Assembly (NCBI GenBank): GCA_977017645.1 | Contig: OZ360239.1 | Span: forward strand, 61,380,001-61,444,000 | Reading direction: 5' to 3' | Length of the DNA: 64,000 nucleotides | Source of the DNA: Torpedo marmorata | Taxonomy: Eukaryota | Part shown: piece after piece, positions 12,934 to 24,212 of the stretch | Numbering within the stretch: the stretch's first letter is position 1 | Layout: every line of letters starts with the position of its first letter | Program-made: the position numbers and the translations under genes | Notes under the pieces: model-generated | What the model was told of the DNA's origin: nothing | Databases searched by the model: none | The model's input: the letters and a program-made list of their open reading frames with translations, nothing else

Positions 12934-13552
12934 ACGGTTAATTGCGCAGTAGTAGCAAAGGTTAGCGATTCAAAGTGGAATCCCAAACAAGTTGCTGAGA
13001 CTGGCACATGTTCCTGTAATAGATGTCACTAAAGCAGCCAATGGCCATTCATGTAAGTTTAAAACAGCAGACTTTTATTTGCCAAAAAAAGGCCACATAT
13101 TCCCGAGATGGAAGTTTAAAGCCAGTGATGAATCCAAGTTATTCTAGTACTTCCTGCTTTGCACAGCAAAATACTGCAGAGAGAAAATTTCTGTGGAATT
13201 GGTCAATGTGATCAATGGAGTCGTCTTATCAATTAATAAAATCAGTGGAGAACAGCTTATTCAGTGTTGCATTCATGACACCAGTGGGTAGTGGAAAGCA
13301 GAACAACTTTGTCAAAGGAACACTTAAATGGCCAGTGCATCCACATGAAGATCAGGAAAGCAGCAGATTGCTCCATTAAAGGAAAGGATGCATAGGATGG
13401 GCCAAACGGCCACTTTCTGCACTGATTTGCTGATTATTTTATGATATCTAAGTAAGTTCATCCAAGTACCATTTACAAAGAGTACAGTGAATCTGAACTC
13501 GGGCACAGTATTGAAGACTTTCAGCCAGGTGAAATAGTTGTGCCTCAATGGT

Positions 13553-13900
13553 GACGGCACAATGGTGCAGCTAGCAGAGCTGGCTGCTTCACGGTGCCAG
13601 AGACCCGGGTTCAATGCTGACCTCAACGACTGTCCATGTGGAATTTGCACGTTCTCCGGCATGACCACGTGGCTTTCCTTTGGGTGCCCTAGTTCCTTCC
13701 CACATGCCAGTGAAGTGCACGTTGATAGATTAATTGGCCACTTTAGGAAAGTAATAGTATCTGGGGGGGGGGGGGAGTTGATGAGATTATGGAGTGAATA
13801 GAAATGGGACGAGTGTAAGATTAGTGTAATTAGGTGGTTGATGGTTGTTGTGGACTCAGTGGGCCTAAGGGTCTATCCCCTTAATTCTCCATGTCTCTGT
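13553..13900 (+). mobile_element. V-SINE (older subfamily)
   Basis: ggcacaatggtgcagc...gagacccgggttcaat head and V-core gtggaatttgcacgttctcc. Confidence 0.75.
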
Positions 13901-14121
13901 TAAATTGATCTCTTACATTGCCACCAGGGTGTGATAACCTCCTGTAGTGGAGGGCTGAACAATTTGAGCCTCTGCTGAGAACATTTGAGAGACAGTGGGT
14001 TCCCAGCAGCAAGTAGGCCTCAGAGGCTTTTGATCTGTTTTTAAATATCTCTGATAATCAGAATGTTTAGCAATAATTCAAATACATTTAAATAATTAAA
14101 AATATTACATTTATTGCAAGA

Positions 14122-14355
14122 GCGACACGGTTAGCGCAACGCTGTCACAGCGCCAGCGATCGTGACCGGGGTTCAAATCCCACGCCATCTGTAAGGAGTT
14201 TGTACGTTCTTCCCGTGTCTGCGTTGGTTTTCCCTGGGGGCTCCGGTTTCCTCCCACCCTTCAAAACGTATCGGGGGTTGTAGGTTAATTGGGTGTAATT
14301 GGGTGGCATGGGCTCGTGGGCCGAAAGGGCCTGTTACCGTGCTGTATGTCTAAAT
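14122..14355 (+). mobile_element. V-SINE (HE1-like)
   Basis: Head ggttagcgcaacgctg..ccggggttcaaatcc, V-core, tail gggcctgttaccgtgctgtatgtctaaat. Confidence 0.9.
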
Positions 14356-15959
14356 TCTAAACATATTCAATTATTACTAAATAGCAAAAACAAAGATAAA
14401 GTAAAATCATTCAATTAGTTTCTTGCACAGAGTCAACGAGTGCATTCAAATGATTGGGGTCGATGTCTGTGCACCAGTCATCCCTGGCTGGATGCATATT
14501 CATCTGGGCCCTCTCTCCGACTCATCAGTGCTGTTGCTGGACTGAGCGCTGACTCCAGTGGTGAGGTGGGAGGTCAGATGTGCTGACATATGGCCGGTCA
14601 TGCAGTGACATCTGAAATGTCAGTGGATTGTTCCCCAGAGGACTCTCTGTGGTCAAATTGGAGCCACACAAAATGCCGGAGGAACTCAGCGGGTCAGGCA
14701 GCATCTACAGAAGGCGATACCTTGTTGCTCCAGTTTTCAAGCATCTGCTGTCTTCCTAGTTTACTCTCCATGGTCAGCCTGCTCTACTTACTGCATGGAA
14801 ATTGAATCACTTTTTCCTATTTGTTAAGGGGTCCCGCGGGAGCAGAACTTCCCTCATACATACCCTGCTTACCTGCAACAGCTGATGAAGGCCCATTGGC
14901 CTTGAGAAATGTATAACATATCCCATTTACAATAGGAAAATCCACCCTGTGACTCTAATTCTGAATGTACTGCCAGTATTTAACAACAGAGCTGAATGGA
15001 GTGAGTCATTTTAAATCTAAATTGTAAATATAAGTTTTACATTACTCAGTATTCAGACTATGTTTTAATTTGCATTGTAAAAAACCTAAAATGTAATTGT
15101 GAGTGATTCCCATGGTACATGGAGCACAATTATCAGAAAGTATTCACTCCCTCTGAATGGGTGAAAACTCAGTCATTCTTATTTTCTGCAAGGCTTCGAG
15201 GGTAGATTTTGACTGTGAGTTTCATGAATTTGATGTGTATTCCCTGAAGAATAGAGGATTAAACTTTGAACTAATCAAGGTATCCAAAAAATGTTTCCAG
15301 ATTTAATTTGGGTCGATGCGGAGAATCCATTTCCTCTCAGAGATGAGTCCAGAATTGGGATACAATCTTCAAATTAAAACCAGGGCAATGTGGGAATGAA
15401 ACCAGAAAGAGGGTGGCAGAGATCTGGATTTCTTACCGAGAGAGTGTGGGTTCAGGGTCATTCAATACTAGCAATGAAAGATAGTCATTGGCTGGACACA
15501 CTGAAGCAGATGGAACCAAAATACAGATCATCCAGTATTTAGCTGAATCAGGCGAGTTTGAGGAGGGTGAATGGCCTCTTCCTGTTTCTCTGTTCCTTTT
15601 ATCAGATATCATGGGTAAAAATAAATATTTTGTGCATAAAGATGTACAGATAAAAATCCACAAAAGTTCCGGTTCTTATTTTTCCGTCAGTTCCTTCCAA
15701 GTTGTCGAATGCATTAACCAGTGTAATGTAATTATTTATAATAACTTTATCACGGTGGAGGAAGGCTATGTTGTTTATCAGTCATTTTAATATCTGTTGA
15801 GGAATGTCTTAGTCTGGATAAATCCATTAACATGCTTAATAGAAAATGCTTGCTAATGTATTCTTGTTCATTACTGTGGTCACTGCATTAGAAATGGCAC
15901 GAGAATTCTTCCCTTGGCAGTACGAGTAAGAGTGATTTTTTAAAAATTATTTTTAAAAA

Positions 15960-16245
15960 TTAATTTAGAGATACATCACAGTAACAGGCCCTTCCGGCCC
16001 ACGAGCCTGTGCTGCCTAAATACACCAAAAATGATCAATTAACCTTCTAACCCCATACGTCTTTGGAATGTGGAAGGAAACCTGAGCACCTGGAAGAAAC
16101 CCTTGCGGACATGGGGAGAACGTGCAAACTCCTTACCGACAGCACTGGATTTCACTGCAAACTCCTTACCGACAGCACTGGATTTGAACCCGGGTTGCTG
16201 GTACTGTAATAACGTTGCGCTAACCGCTACACTAACCACGTCGCC
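15960..16245 (-). mobile_element. V-SINE with internal 30-bp tandem duplication
   Basis: Reverse complement of the same SINE; tgcaaactccttaccgacagcactggattt occurs at 16123-16152 and 16156-16185. Confidence 0.85.
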
Positions 16246-16924
16246 CCAATCTGAACAATTTATAATCTGTGTTGATGAAGTTTGGACTGATGGTTTTGAA
16301 ACAGATCTAGCTGGTTAAAATTGGGTTATCCATGAAGTGTTTTGAGTCATTGGCAGTGTGTTTCCATCGCAACCTCCTGGCACAACTGAGCTCTTCAGCC
16401 AATTCAATTCTCACAATTCCAAAATGCTTGGGCGCTAGATACAACAAAGGTAATAGAACCAGATAACACCCAGATGATAATGCTGAAGATTTGCACTGCA
16501 GAATTAGCTGTACCTACGTTGTCTTTGTTCCAGCACAACTATCTGACAGTGTAGAAAGTTTGCCTAGATTGTTCAGTCCATAGCATCAGGCCAAATGAAT
16601 ACCAGCTCATCAGTCTACTCTCAAAGTGACAAAAGGATAGGTTCATGTTATCTTCCTCACCAGCAATCTGCTCACCAAAACTCATTTTAGACATCTTCAG
16701 GACCACGTAGGCCAAACATGGACAAAGCAGCTGAACAGCATTAGCAAATTGAGTTTAAATTCAAAAGAATTTAGTTGGCTGTAAAGCAAATTTGGAACAT
16801 CCTGAGATGGTATATAAATGCAAACTCTTTCTTGGATGTATTTAGAAGGTCTTGTGTTGTGTCAGTTGACTAGCTATAAAATGTGATTCGGGCTCAAAAT
16901 ATCTATCACCAGAAATTTATATTA

Positions 16925-17838
16925 CCGTATATGCCAACGTATAGAATGACTCTGTATAGTACGACCCCCAGAATTTCCACCTAAAATGTAGGATTTGAGC
17001 TATACCCTTTGTATAGGACAACTCCCCAAAGTCTGGCACTTTACAGCACCAATAGCCTGAATACGACTGGGATTGTCTGATCTCGGAAGCTAAGCAGGCA
17101 CAGGACTGGTCAGTACTTGGAGGGGAGACCGCCAAGGAACACCAGGTGCTGTAGGTTTCTGTGAGGGGCGCTGGACGAAATAGCGACCCTCTGTCTGCCT
17201 TACGGTAGACAGAAATTAAAGAATTTCATGTATGTTATATTCTAAATGTAGTATTACGTGACAATAATGGAACCTTTACCTTTACCACTGACCAGTGGAG
17301 TGATGCTGTCATAATATTTTAATACCAAATTATCCTGTAAAGTTTTTAATTTTATTAGCATATTTTAAAATAAACCACCGTCGGCTCCTGTAACAGGCTG
17401 TTTAAAGCCTGTACAGAGCCAACGGCAGTCGGACTGGGCAGATGGACCCTGCGGGGGGAGCGCTGAGACTTCGTTGGACACGCACAAGTTTGCCCTGCTG
17501 AACTAGCAATGCCCCTCAGTGTGTGCGCATTCTCTGCGTGGAGGTGAGCCAGGTTTTCAGCATGAAGAAGGTGCGCTGAGGGCCTGACCAGGACACTTGT
17601 GTGGAGGTGAGTCGGGTTGTCAGCGCGAGGAAGGTGGCAAAGTGCACCTAGGGCCTGACCAGGACACTTGAGTCGGAGCTGGCAGAATGGGGATAGGATA
17701 TGGAGGAGGAAGGGGAAGATGGCAGTGGTGTTGAGACTCCGCTGTCAAGGTTCGGGGTTTAGACCCGGTGTATAAGACAACGTGATTTTGAGGCAACATT
17801 TTTAAGTTTTGGATCGTCCTATATGCCCGCATATACTG
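16925..17838. mobile_element. Tc1/mariner (Tc2/pogo-like) non-autonomous DNA transposon hosting the 5S-SINE
   Basis: TA|ccgtatatgc ... gcatatactg|TA termini. Subterminal repeated motifs gtata.gac(g/a)ac are of the Tc2/Kanga type. Confidence 0.65.
17039..17285 (+). mobile_element. 5S rRNA-derived SINE (SINE3): ~120-bp 5S-like head, unique body, (ccttta)n tail
   Basis: gtctgatctcggaagctaagcagg..ctggtcagtacttgga.gggagaccgcc..ggaacaccaggtgctgtagg matches vertebrate 5S rRNA including boxes A and C. The body recurs at 2721-2833, so this is a SINE and not a 5S gene. Confidence 0.9.
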
Positions 17839-18209
17839 TATAAATTGGATCCTGCCACTAAAATTATAGCCTTAAAAAATCAGGAGTACTGTGAATAGGA
17901 AACACTGAATTTTCCTCCTGTTTCTCCACGATTGAGAATCTGTGCTGGCCATGGAGTCTTGTAGCTTTGGAGAAATGGTGTACATTCAGACATGGGCCTT
18001 CTTAGAGGAAGGAGTGAAACAACTCCAGACCTGTATCCCTCCAAGGGCTTTGGGTTCCTCCAATCCGATCACTTGAACAGCTTCTATTTCCTCTCCCCAG
18101 CATGCATTCAGCTGCCTTCACCCAATTCTGTGGTCTCCATCCCTGCATGTGTCTATCTCTTCAGCGAAGCTGGTAGTCAGCTGTCCTAATATCTGGAGAC
18201 ATTGATATT

Positions 18210-18412
18210 AGACTGCAGATGCTGGATCCTAGAGCAAAAAACAAACTGCTGGAGGAACGCACCGAGTCAAGCGGCATCAGTGGGGAACAAAAAAAGGTGG
18301 TCAACATTTCAGGTTGGAACCCATCGTCAAGAATGACAAAGGGTTCTGGACTGAAACATTGACCACTGATGCTGCTTGACTTGCTGAATTCCTCCAGCAG
18401 CTTGTTATTTGT
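18210..18412. mobile_element. Palindromic Penelope-pLTR-derived short element
   Basis: ctgctggaggaa.....gagtcaagc.gcatc is inverted to gatgctgcttgacttgctgaattcctccagcag, with degenerate hammerhead-like motifs in the centre. Confidence 0.7.
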
Positions 18413-18884
18413 CCTGCTTGGTGTCAGATTTTGCCTGATGATACCCCTGAAAGTACCATGGTATTTTTACTGTGCTAAAGGCCTGCAGAAATTCCCATTA
18501 TAAATGCAGACTTACGGTGATGTACCTATCAATGACAGACGCGAGTCTGGAAGTGCAGGAAATCAATAGGCTTTTAATACCAGAAATCAGGCCAGGGCTA
18601 AGCTACACTTTGACCTGGTGATCCCTGCTGGATTGTCCCGGAACTGAGGGAGGGGTCAATGGCTCAAGGCCTTTATTCCAGGGGAAAGGGGGGGAGGAGT
18701 CAACGGGACAGACAGACAGGTCATGGTCATACTTGCCTCAGGCCACAATACATGTATACATACTAAAGTGGTTTACCACATTCACCCCTTCTTTTAGAAC
18801 AAGTCCGACGGGGGGGGGTGAAGTGGATACCGTAATTAAAAAAACACAAATATACACAGATTATTTACATAGTCATTATTAAGT

Positions 18885-20246
18885 CTACAGGTTGAGTCTA
18901 ACCGGCGGCCGGATTCGCCGCTGTGACCTGCGTAGTACCAGCGGTGATGGTAGTGGTTGTGGGATGAGGGTACGTGATGCCTGCGGAGATGGTTGTGGTT
19001 GTGGAATGGGAGTAGGTGTAGTAGGGTGGGTCTGGGTCTGGTTTGCCTCCTGCCTGGCTTGTGGCCTTTCCAGCTCCGGCTGGGGCGTTGTACCCGCCGT
19101 GCTGGGAGGCGGCTGGGCCGGAGGGGGCAGCTGTGACCCGGCGTTCCCGCTGTCGGGGACCTCTTCTGACGCTCCTACAGGCGCCAGGTCACGTATTGAC
19201 ACCGTGTCTTTCCGCCCGTCGGGGAAAACCACGAATGCGTACTGCGGGTTCGCGTGGATCAGCTGCACCCTCTCGACCAAGGGCTCGTACTTGCTACTCC
19301 GAAAATGTTTGCGGAGTAGCACCGGTCCCGGGGACGTCAGCCAGGCAGGGAGGGTAGTCCCGGTAGTCGATTTTCTGGGGAAGGAAAAGAGACGTTCGTG
19401 AGGGGTAGCCTTAGTGGCAGTACATAAGAGGGATCGTATAGAGTGGAGGGCGTCTGGGAGAACCTCCTGCCAGCGGGCCACTGGCCACCCTTTTGATTTC
19501 AGGGCCAGTAGTGTAGCTGTCCATACAGTGGCGTTCTCCCTCTCCACCTGTCCGTTCCCCCGTGGGTTGTACCCCGTGGTCCTACTGGTGGCGATGCCTC
19601 GGGTCTGCAAATGCTGTCGCAGCTCCTCGCTCATGAACGCGGATCCCCGGTCGCTATGGATATAGCTGGGGAACCCGAACAAGGTGAATACCTGGCGGAG
19701 GGCCTTGATAGCCGAAGCCGCCGAGGTATCTGGGCAGGGGATGGCAAAGGGGAACCGCGAGTACTCATCGATGATGTTAAGGAAGTACGCATTGCGGTTC
19801 GTGGAGGGAAGGGGGCCCTTGAAGTCTACACTGAGACGTTCGAACGGGCGTGTGGCCTTGACCAGCTGTGCTCTGACGGGGCGGTAGTACTGCGGTTTGC
19901 ATTCCGCACAGACTCGGCAGCTGCTGGTCATGGTTCTGACCTCATCCAGGGAGAAAGGCAGGTTCCGTGCTTTGATGAAGTGGAACAGCCTGGTGACTCC
20001 TGGGTGGCAGAGGTCGTTGTGTAGGGAGTATAACCGGTCGATCTGCGCGCTGGCGCACAATCCCCGGGATAGAGCGTCGGAGGGCTCGTTGAGCTTCCCG
20101 GGCCGGTACATGATGTCGTAATTGTAGGTGGAGAGTTCTATTCTCCACCTCATGATTTTGTCATTCTTGATTTTACCCCGCTGCTGGCTGTTAAACATGA
20201 ATGCGACGGAGCGCTGGTCCGTCAGCAGGGTAAAATGTTTTCCGGC
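18885..20246 (-). pseudogene. RNaseH C-terminal end and integrase of Gypsy copy 1
   Basis: HNDLCHPGVTR..CRVCAECK zinc finger, SVDFKGPLP, IHSDRGSAF, GNGQVER, Pro-rich tail ending LRRSQRRIRPPVRLNL. The N-terminal ~44 aa of the tracked ORF come from the deletion junction. Confidence 0.9.
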
Positions 20247-21230
20247 CGTTCCCTTACTTCGCACGCGGCGGCGCTCGGAACCGGAAGTGCTGAAGGCCAA
20301 GATGGCCGCCTCCATTCCTCGCACAAGGTAACCGCCGGAAGTGACGGTAGGTAAGATGGCCGCTCCCTTACTTCGCACGCGGCGCTGCTCGGACCCGTAC
20401 GCGACTTGGAGCGGCAGGCCTTTGCGTAGTGGCCTTTCTTGCCGCAGCTAGAACAAGTCGCGTCTCGGGCCGGGCAGCGCTTACGTGGGTGCTTGTCGAG
20501 CCCGCAGAAGTAGCACTTCTCGGGCTCCCGGGTGACAGCGGCAGCGGTTAACTCACGGGTGGCGGCGGGCTCCCGGGTAGCGGCGGCAGCGGCCAACTCA
20601 CGGATAGCGTCGGCGGCGGCGAGCGGGTCCCGGTAGACGGCAGCGGCCGTCGCGTTGCTTGCAGGGCTGGCGGTTGGGGCGATCCAAGAGGCAGGCTGCG
20701 CCTGCATAGCGTCGGCGTTCTTGAGCGCCGACTCCAGCGTGAGGGCATTCTGAGCGGTAGATTTCAGGGTCAGGTTGGCGTGTTCCAGCAATCGCTGGCG
20801 AATGTAGACCGACCTGAGCCCCATAATGATCGTGTCCCTTGCCAAAATTTCGGCGTGTTGCTCAGCCGTCAGGGCTCGGCAATCGCACGCCCGCACCAGG
20901 AGCATCACGTCCTGGATATATTCGGAGATCGACTCTCCGGGTCGCTGGTACCGTTGCGATAACCGGTGCCTCGCGAAAACCTCGTTCACCGGCGTCAGGT
21001 ACAGCCTTCGGAGGGCTCCCAAGGCATCCTCATAGGTTTCACAGTCTCTGACGGTGCCATACACTCGTTTGCTTACCCTGGACATGAGGATGTCGAGTTT
21101 ATCCTCGTCGCTAGCCGCTCTGGTCGACCTCAGGAAGGCTACGAAGCAGCGTAGCCAGAGTTCAAAGTCACTTGCAGCCTTGGGCCAGGGGGTCGATGTC
21201 CAGCTTGTCCGGCCTCAGAAAATTCTCCAT
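20222..21230 (-). pseudogene. gag of Gypsy copy 1 (frameshift near 21180)
   Basis: CYFCGLDKHPRKRCPARDATCSSCGKKGHYAKAC double knuckle is typical of the Mag clade. ATG at 21230 matches MENFLRPDKLD in copy 2; 2-nt deletion relative to copy 2. Confidence 0.9.
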
Positions 21231-22597
21231 CGGATTTTGGAACTGGTATTAAAATTGATGTACCTATCAATGACAGACGCGAGTCTGGAAGTGCAGGAAA
21301 TCAATAGGCTTTTAATACCAGAAATCAGGCCAGGGCTAAGCTACACTTTGACCTGGTGATCCCTGCTGGATTGTCCCGGAACTGAGGGAGGGGTCAATGG
21401 CTCAAGGCCTTTATTCCAGGGGAAAGGCGGGAGGAGTCACCGGGACAGACAGACAGGTCATGGTCATACTTGCCTCAGGCCACAATACATGTATACATAC
21501 TAAAGTGGTTTACCACATACGGTCAGTAATTACAACTGATAGACTGGGAAATAACGTGATGATAAGCGGGGATCACTCTTGATTATATGTGTGTATCCCC
21601 TTGTTCTGTCTCTGTGTCGACAATGCTTCCAAACATCCTTTCTGCAAAGTGAAATATGTGATGAACCATTTTCGTGCCAAAGAGTTAACTGCAAACAGAC
21701 TGCAACATCACTAAACTTCCTTAACCTGCTTAATTTCCTGAGGGAGGAGAGTAAGAGTGAAGAGTATAAATAAAAGTAAAACCTCAAAGGAGGGAAACTT
21801 GAGAAATATTTTCCAGGCAACAGAATAATTTTATTTTTGCTCTTCTAAGTGTCAAGCATTAAAAATGATAAATAGTTGAAGGCTTCCAAGGACCTAGCAG
21901 TAAATCAGAAAATTGCTAATCCATACTTGTGTGTGTCTGTCTGTGTCTGTGTGAGATCTCAATAGTGGCACAAGGCCATGCAAGATATAACCTTCTAACA
22001 TTCTTTGAAGAACACAGAAACACATTTTAAAATCTCACAATCGATGCACTTTGCCTGGAATTCCCACAAAGAAGGAGGAAGTGTTCCTGATCTCTTGCCT
22101 CAGCAGAATCCCTGGAGCACTGGTTTAAAGCGTTAGTCATGCCATTTCTATAGAGTTTCCACTAAATCTTTGCCAAGAGATCGAGATATTCAGTTTCAGG
22201 AGACCTTCTTGTTAGATTTTTGCTCCCATATGTTTAATGTGAGTGTCGTTTATTCTATTTGAACATATGCTGATGGATATGAACCTTGACAACCTCCAGT
22301 ACATATGAGAGACTGAGGGCCATGTTATCCAGGATATTCTGCTACATTTCAACAGCAGGCAAGCTTGTTTGCCACTGGAATAAGATTAGGAAATATCAAC
22401 ATAATACTTCAAACAATAAAAATAAGCATATTTGATACATATAATCTATTACATATGGTTACAACATGTGCTCCAGATGCTAGATTAGACTGTAGCTTCC
22501 TATGGTTTGAGAAGAGTTAATGCTGTCTCATTAAGGGCAAACAATCTCTCAGAGCATCTCCGGGCAAAGTGACAACTCTAACAACAGCACGCATTAG

Positions 22598-22830
22598 GTT
22601 AAACAAGAAAATCTGCAGATGCGGTAGTCTAGTGCAATATATAAATGTGTTGGAGAAACTCAGCAGGTCACGTAGCATCCATAGGAAGTAAAAGGCAATC
22701 AATGTTTTGGACCTGAGCCTTTCGTCAACATTCCCAACAAAGGGCTCAGGCCCGAAACGTTGATTGTCTTTTACTTCATTTGGATGTTTGTGACCTGCTG
22801 AGTTTCTCCAGCACTTTCGTGTATTGCAAC
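22598..22830. mobile_element. Palindromic Penelope-pLTR-derived short element
   Basis: tggagaaactcagcaggtcac...gtgacctgctgagtttctccagca inverted arms with central agggctcaggcccgaaacgtt. Confidence 0.8.
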
Positions 22831-22989
22831 TGTATTATGTAGTTCAATAGGAAGACAGCCTAACAGCAGCCTCTGTAGGAGCAGTTTACTTTTATTATCA
22901 AGTGAAATATTCAGGTTTTCAGATGACTGATGGCCACCTCAAGACACTCAGCTAACGTGTGTTGGAGAAGCATGACAAGCAACATGGGA

Positions 22990-23760
22990 AGGACCTTCTT
23001 CATTTTCTTCTTCATCTGAGATGGCTAAAGAATCCTATGTGGGATCTGCAGACCCTGCCACAGCGGGTAGGTCCTTGCAGACATTGTGCAACACTTGTGC
23101 TCTTTGCACTTGGCTTTCTGCAATCAAGACTTAAAGTACTCAGTGCTTTATTCTGGTCCTTCTCCATTTTGAACACTCATGGACCAGAGATTCCCATGAG
23201 TTGGCCAGATTGTTACCACGTTTTCTACGGGACTTGGAGAACAACCTTAAGCAATCTTTTTGCTCTCCTCGAAATTTCTCCCCATAATGAAGAAAAGCAC
23301 TTGTTTTAGAGGGTCTGGTGTTAGGCAAGCAGAAAATGCAGCCATGTGAGCTAGTTGAGCATGATCAGCACTGAGATGTTGGGGCTGTTATTTCTGGGAG
23401 GAGACATTGATGTTGGTTTATGCTAATCGATTTGGAGAATTTGGCAGGGACAGTGTTGATTGTAGCTCTCCAACGGTTTAAACATCTAATGTAGGTAGTC
23501 CATGAATGTGAAGCACACAGGAAGATGGGGATCCCCGTTGCTTGACAGATCATGAGTTTGGTAGCAAGCTTGGAGGTTTTGATCTTCAAATAATCTTTTC
23601 CACATTTGACCAAAGACCGTGCTGGTGCAGTGATGCTGACAATGTGCTGGAGGCAACAATATATTTATTGAGATATGGAAAGAGATCTACATTTTCCACA
23701 AGCTTCTCATAGGTCTTGGTTTTTGTGTGTTATAATGACAATGCCAAGTTGACGAAGGGT
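22990..23760 (-). mobile_element. Highly degenerate RTE (BovB-like) LINE fragment
   Basis: Minus-strand remnants TKLMICQA.GIPIFLCASHSWT (cf. TKL.VY.A.V...LLY.SETWT) and HYGE..RGEQK. Confidence 0.55.
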
Positions 23761-24212
23761 CTCTATTCTCCTGATGCTTTGTGCAAGGTCTGTCCTCTAA
23801 TGTACTTCAGTGAAGAAATCAACCATGGCATGGAGACACTGATGCTGCTCGACCCACTGAGTTCCTCCAGCAGATTGTTCTTTTTCTCTTTCAGAAAATA
23901 CAAATCGTTTGCCTTTTGTCATGATCATTCCAGATATCAGGCCACTCTTTTATCAAACTACAGACATCAAACTACAGCACCCAGACAAAGCCCATGCATG
24001 TTCACATTTGAAGGAAAATTAACATCACAATTAGCAGCCACAAAAGATCACCTGCTAGATTTCAACACTAGGGTTTTGGTCAATATGCTTTTTCCATTAC
24101 AGAGAGCAAAGATTTCACCAGTGGCCATTTGGAAATGGATCTAATTCTCAGTGGGAATGAAGAGATCTGTAAACAAAATTGTGGCAATTTCCAAAAGGCA
24201 GAAATAACCACG

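Larger units (their letters stand above)
18518..21517 (-). mobile_element. Gypsy (Mag-type) LTR retrotransposon, copy 1, protease-RT-RNaseH deleted
   Basis: LTRs at 18518-18780 and 21256-21517 (TG..CA, about 3 differences by eye). 5-bp TSD tacgg at 18513-18517 and 21518-21522. PPT at 18781-18793. Carries gag and integrase. Confidence 0.95.

Noticed and set aside
17039-17157. Functional 5S rRNA gene
   Set aside because: The 5' third is diverged, there is no tandem array, and it continues into a body and tail that recurs at 2721-2833, so it is a SINE head.
18892-20024. Plus-strand ORFs antisense to Gypsy pol (also 31665-33436)
   Set aside because: Expected shadow ORFs of GC-rich coding sequence; lengths are not conserved between the copies.
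18885-20378. Standalone or domesticated integrase gene
   Set aside because: It lies between near-identical LTRs with a TSD, and its N-terminus is an alternative frame of the gag-end repeat at a deletion junction.
21654-21757. Possible coding exon (ag...gtaag)
   Set aside because: The translation EICDEPFSCQRVNCKQ.. is not recognisable, the acceptor is weak and no partner exons were found.
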